From Moniliella sp. 'wahieum' (Eukaryota), in NCBI GenBank assembly GCA_003971905.1, contig RSEE01000129.1, positions 1 to 64,000 of the forward strand: a DNA stretch of 64,000 bases. Reading direction: 5' to 3'. Below the pieces are notes generated by a model. The model was not told where the DNA came from and ran no database searches. It was given only the letters and a program-made list of their open reading frames with translations. Made by a program: the position numbers and the translations under genes. Within the stretch, counting starts at the first letter, position 1, and every line of letters starts with the position of its first letter. Shown in pieces: positions 61,912 through 64,000 of the stretch.

Positions 61912-63326
61912 GGTGGTGGTCGCGTGCGCCCAGTGGTGGAAGAGGAGAAAGGATGGACTGACTGCCTAGGCGTAGGCAATCTTTATTGTTTGCTGTGAGA
62001 AATGCGCTGGGTGAGCACAGGAGGGGGGGGGGGCGAGAGACAGGTACGATATGTGAAAGGCGAGGGGCGCTGAACGTTGGTTGAGGCCTGGGGGAAGCCT
62101 GGGGGGACAGACGGATTTGTTCGCCACGGTGCCAGTGCACATGAACGCATGAACGCACTAAGGTACGAGAAAGCATGGAGTGAAATATGTAGTGAAGTAC
62201 TGCCCCTGTGACATTGAGGAGGCACGGAAGGTTTTCCGAGCAACGCAGAGCCAACGAGAGAGCTCAGAGACAGGAGAGGGCCGTAGTCCTACGCAGATGG
62301 GATGGAGTGGGAGGGGGGGGTGCGTGCTGTGCATTGCTCGTGTCGTTTGGCTTGCTCCCCCGTAGGCCCTACGAGAGAGACATGTTGGGCTACTGAGTAC
62401 TTGCGAATTAGCGCTTCGCACTTCCAGCGGTGCCTGAGCTGACTTGGGCGCGCCTCCACTGCACGGGGTGTAGCGAGTATCAAGCGTGGTGTATCTTCGC
62501 ATCAGATGGGCCAGACCGCATGTGGTAGGAGGGTACAACCGCATGTTTCGGGCGGGTTGGACGGACGTTGCGCGATTTATCGATTATCGGACTGGAGACA
62601 TGTGCGTGTTGCCATCGAACAGCATATCTGCGTGCTGGTGCGTGCTTGGCTTGCACCCTGCAACGCGAGGGAGGGGGAGGGGGAGGGGAAAGGGGCTGTC
62701 TTGTCGACTGGGACTTGAAGCTTGACGACGAACTGGCCTCAGGGCCTCAGCTGCCACTGGGCCAGAGCCCCATGGGTCTCACGTGCCCGTTCTCGAGAAC
62801 CTTTTTGCTCGCCCAGACCGACCGACTGCTACCTAGTTAACTAGTTCGCGCCCGTTTTCAGTTTGCAGTCTGGATCAGATCGATCAAATCTCAGATCCCT
62901 AGGGTCCACTGGGCCTTGGTCCGATATGTTCCGAACTTTCCTCTGCCCGCGCTCAACCGCCACCACCGCATCTCCGCGCCACTTTCGACACTCGAGCCAC
63001 GGATAATCCCGCGCGAGGATAGGCCGGGTGCTAGTTGCGCGTTGCAGTCCTCCTCGTGCCGCGGTCTACCTCTGCGATGAGCGCTTTTGGCACAGATGGA
63101 GCTGGTTGGCGTGGCGCCCAGGTGACTCCTATTGGGGGGGAATGCCTAGTTCGTGACTAGGGAGGAGGGCACATCCGATGGCGAAAGTTGCCACCGAGCA
63201 AAGCAGCTGCTTCCCCCAACCAAATAACGCAGCAGGAAGGCGCTGGAGTGGGGGTGTGATATTTCGCATCTGATGAAAAAAAACAGGGCAGCCATGCCAT
63301 CACAGCGGCAGGGGGGCAGTGTTGTG

Positions 63327-63335
63327 TTATCAGAT
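63327..63335 (-). promoter_or_regulatory. Iron-responsive GATA repressor site (SreA/Urbs1-type ATCWGATAA)
   Basis: TTATCAGAT on + reads ATCTGATAA on -, ~1.4 kb upstream of FTR1. Further GATAA cores lie at 62577-62588 and 63002-63006. Confidence 0.55.
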
Positions 63336-64000
63336 GGGGCGAGCTTCTGTCGCGGGGGCGAGTAGGTACGTACCCTAGCCAAGCTGGGGTCCACGAACCC
63401 ATCAGATTCGCGATGCGAGGCCGAGGGAGGCAAAAGGGTCGCTGGGCACGCTGCCCCATCCTGCCGCCACGCTCCCCAGACGAGTGCGAGGGCGGGAGCC
63501 GGCCAGGAACGATCATCGACATCCTCCGCATGCATAGCGACGCATGCCATCCGTCGCCGTGTAGAGTATGCTAGTGCCTGCGTCGCCGCCGAGCGCCAAG
63601 GAGAGAAACAGCATGCGTTCCATCCGCGCATCAGGGCGTGTTGCCTGTGCGCACCCTCTTCAGCTGCTCTTCACGCGCAGGAAAAAAAAACTCCTCCACT
63701 CACACGCCGCATGCGGTCGCCTGTCGGGCAGAGCATGCGATCGATGGAATCGGGTTGGTGCCATGCCCAGTGCTGGCCCCCGCGCAGGGTCCCAGCAGGT
63801 GCCAGCCCGCCCAGCATGACAGCAGAGCTATCGACTGCATCCGCCCAGCACTCGTACTCATCAAGCTTTCAGCGTCAAGCTTCACGATAGCTCTTGCATC
63901 AAGACCCTGTGTCACCCTTCCCACCCCCTTGGGCCTGCCTCAGGCACAGCCACCCTCCTCCCTCCTTCACACCTCGGCGCTCGCTGTAGTATAACTAACT

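Noticed and set aside
62000..64000. FET3-like ferroxidase inside the window
   Set aside because: No HxHG or HCH copper-binding motifs or signal-peptide ORF are visible.

Overview
Eukaryotic, GC-rich fungal genomic DNA. The 5S rRNA type, short GTACGT..CTGAC/CTAAC..YAG introns and gene set point to a basidiomycete, most like Ustilaginomycotina (inference). The left ~17 kb looks subtelomeric. It holds a 40-bp tandem array, a degenerate CCCTAA tract, an orphan 3' fragment of a divergent but structurally compensated 28S rRNA gene that begins at the peptidyl-transferase L2449 site, IGS1 and a 5S gene, at least four diverged copies of an unidentified intron-containing gene, and a truncated CRE-clade (MoTeR/Cnl1-like) non-LTR reverse transcriptase. 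From ~18 kb on it is mostly core genes: GDPD, class V PLP enzyme, class III chitin synthase, S/T-rich sensor, Eps1-like PDI, sterol esterase/lipase, bHLH factor, Mei2-like RRM protein, REI1, YeeE/YedE, Mrn1/Nrd1-like RRM protein and FTR1. These are interrupted by two related LTR-like repeats and a small accessory island (gag remnant, double-F-box gene). Nearly every conserved gene carries single-base indels, so the assembly probably has uncorrected long-read errors. Gene ends are approximate and pseudogene status cannot be judged from frameshifts alone.
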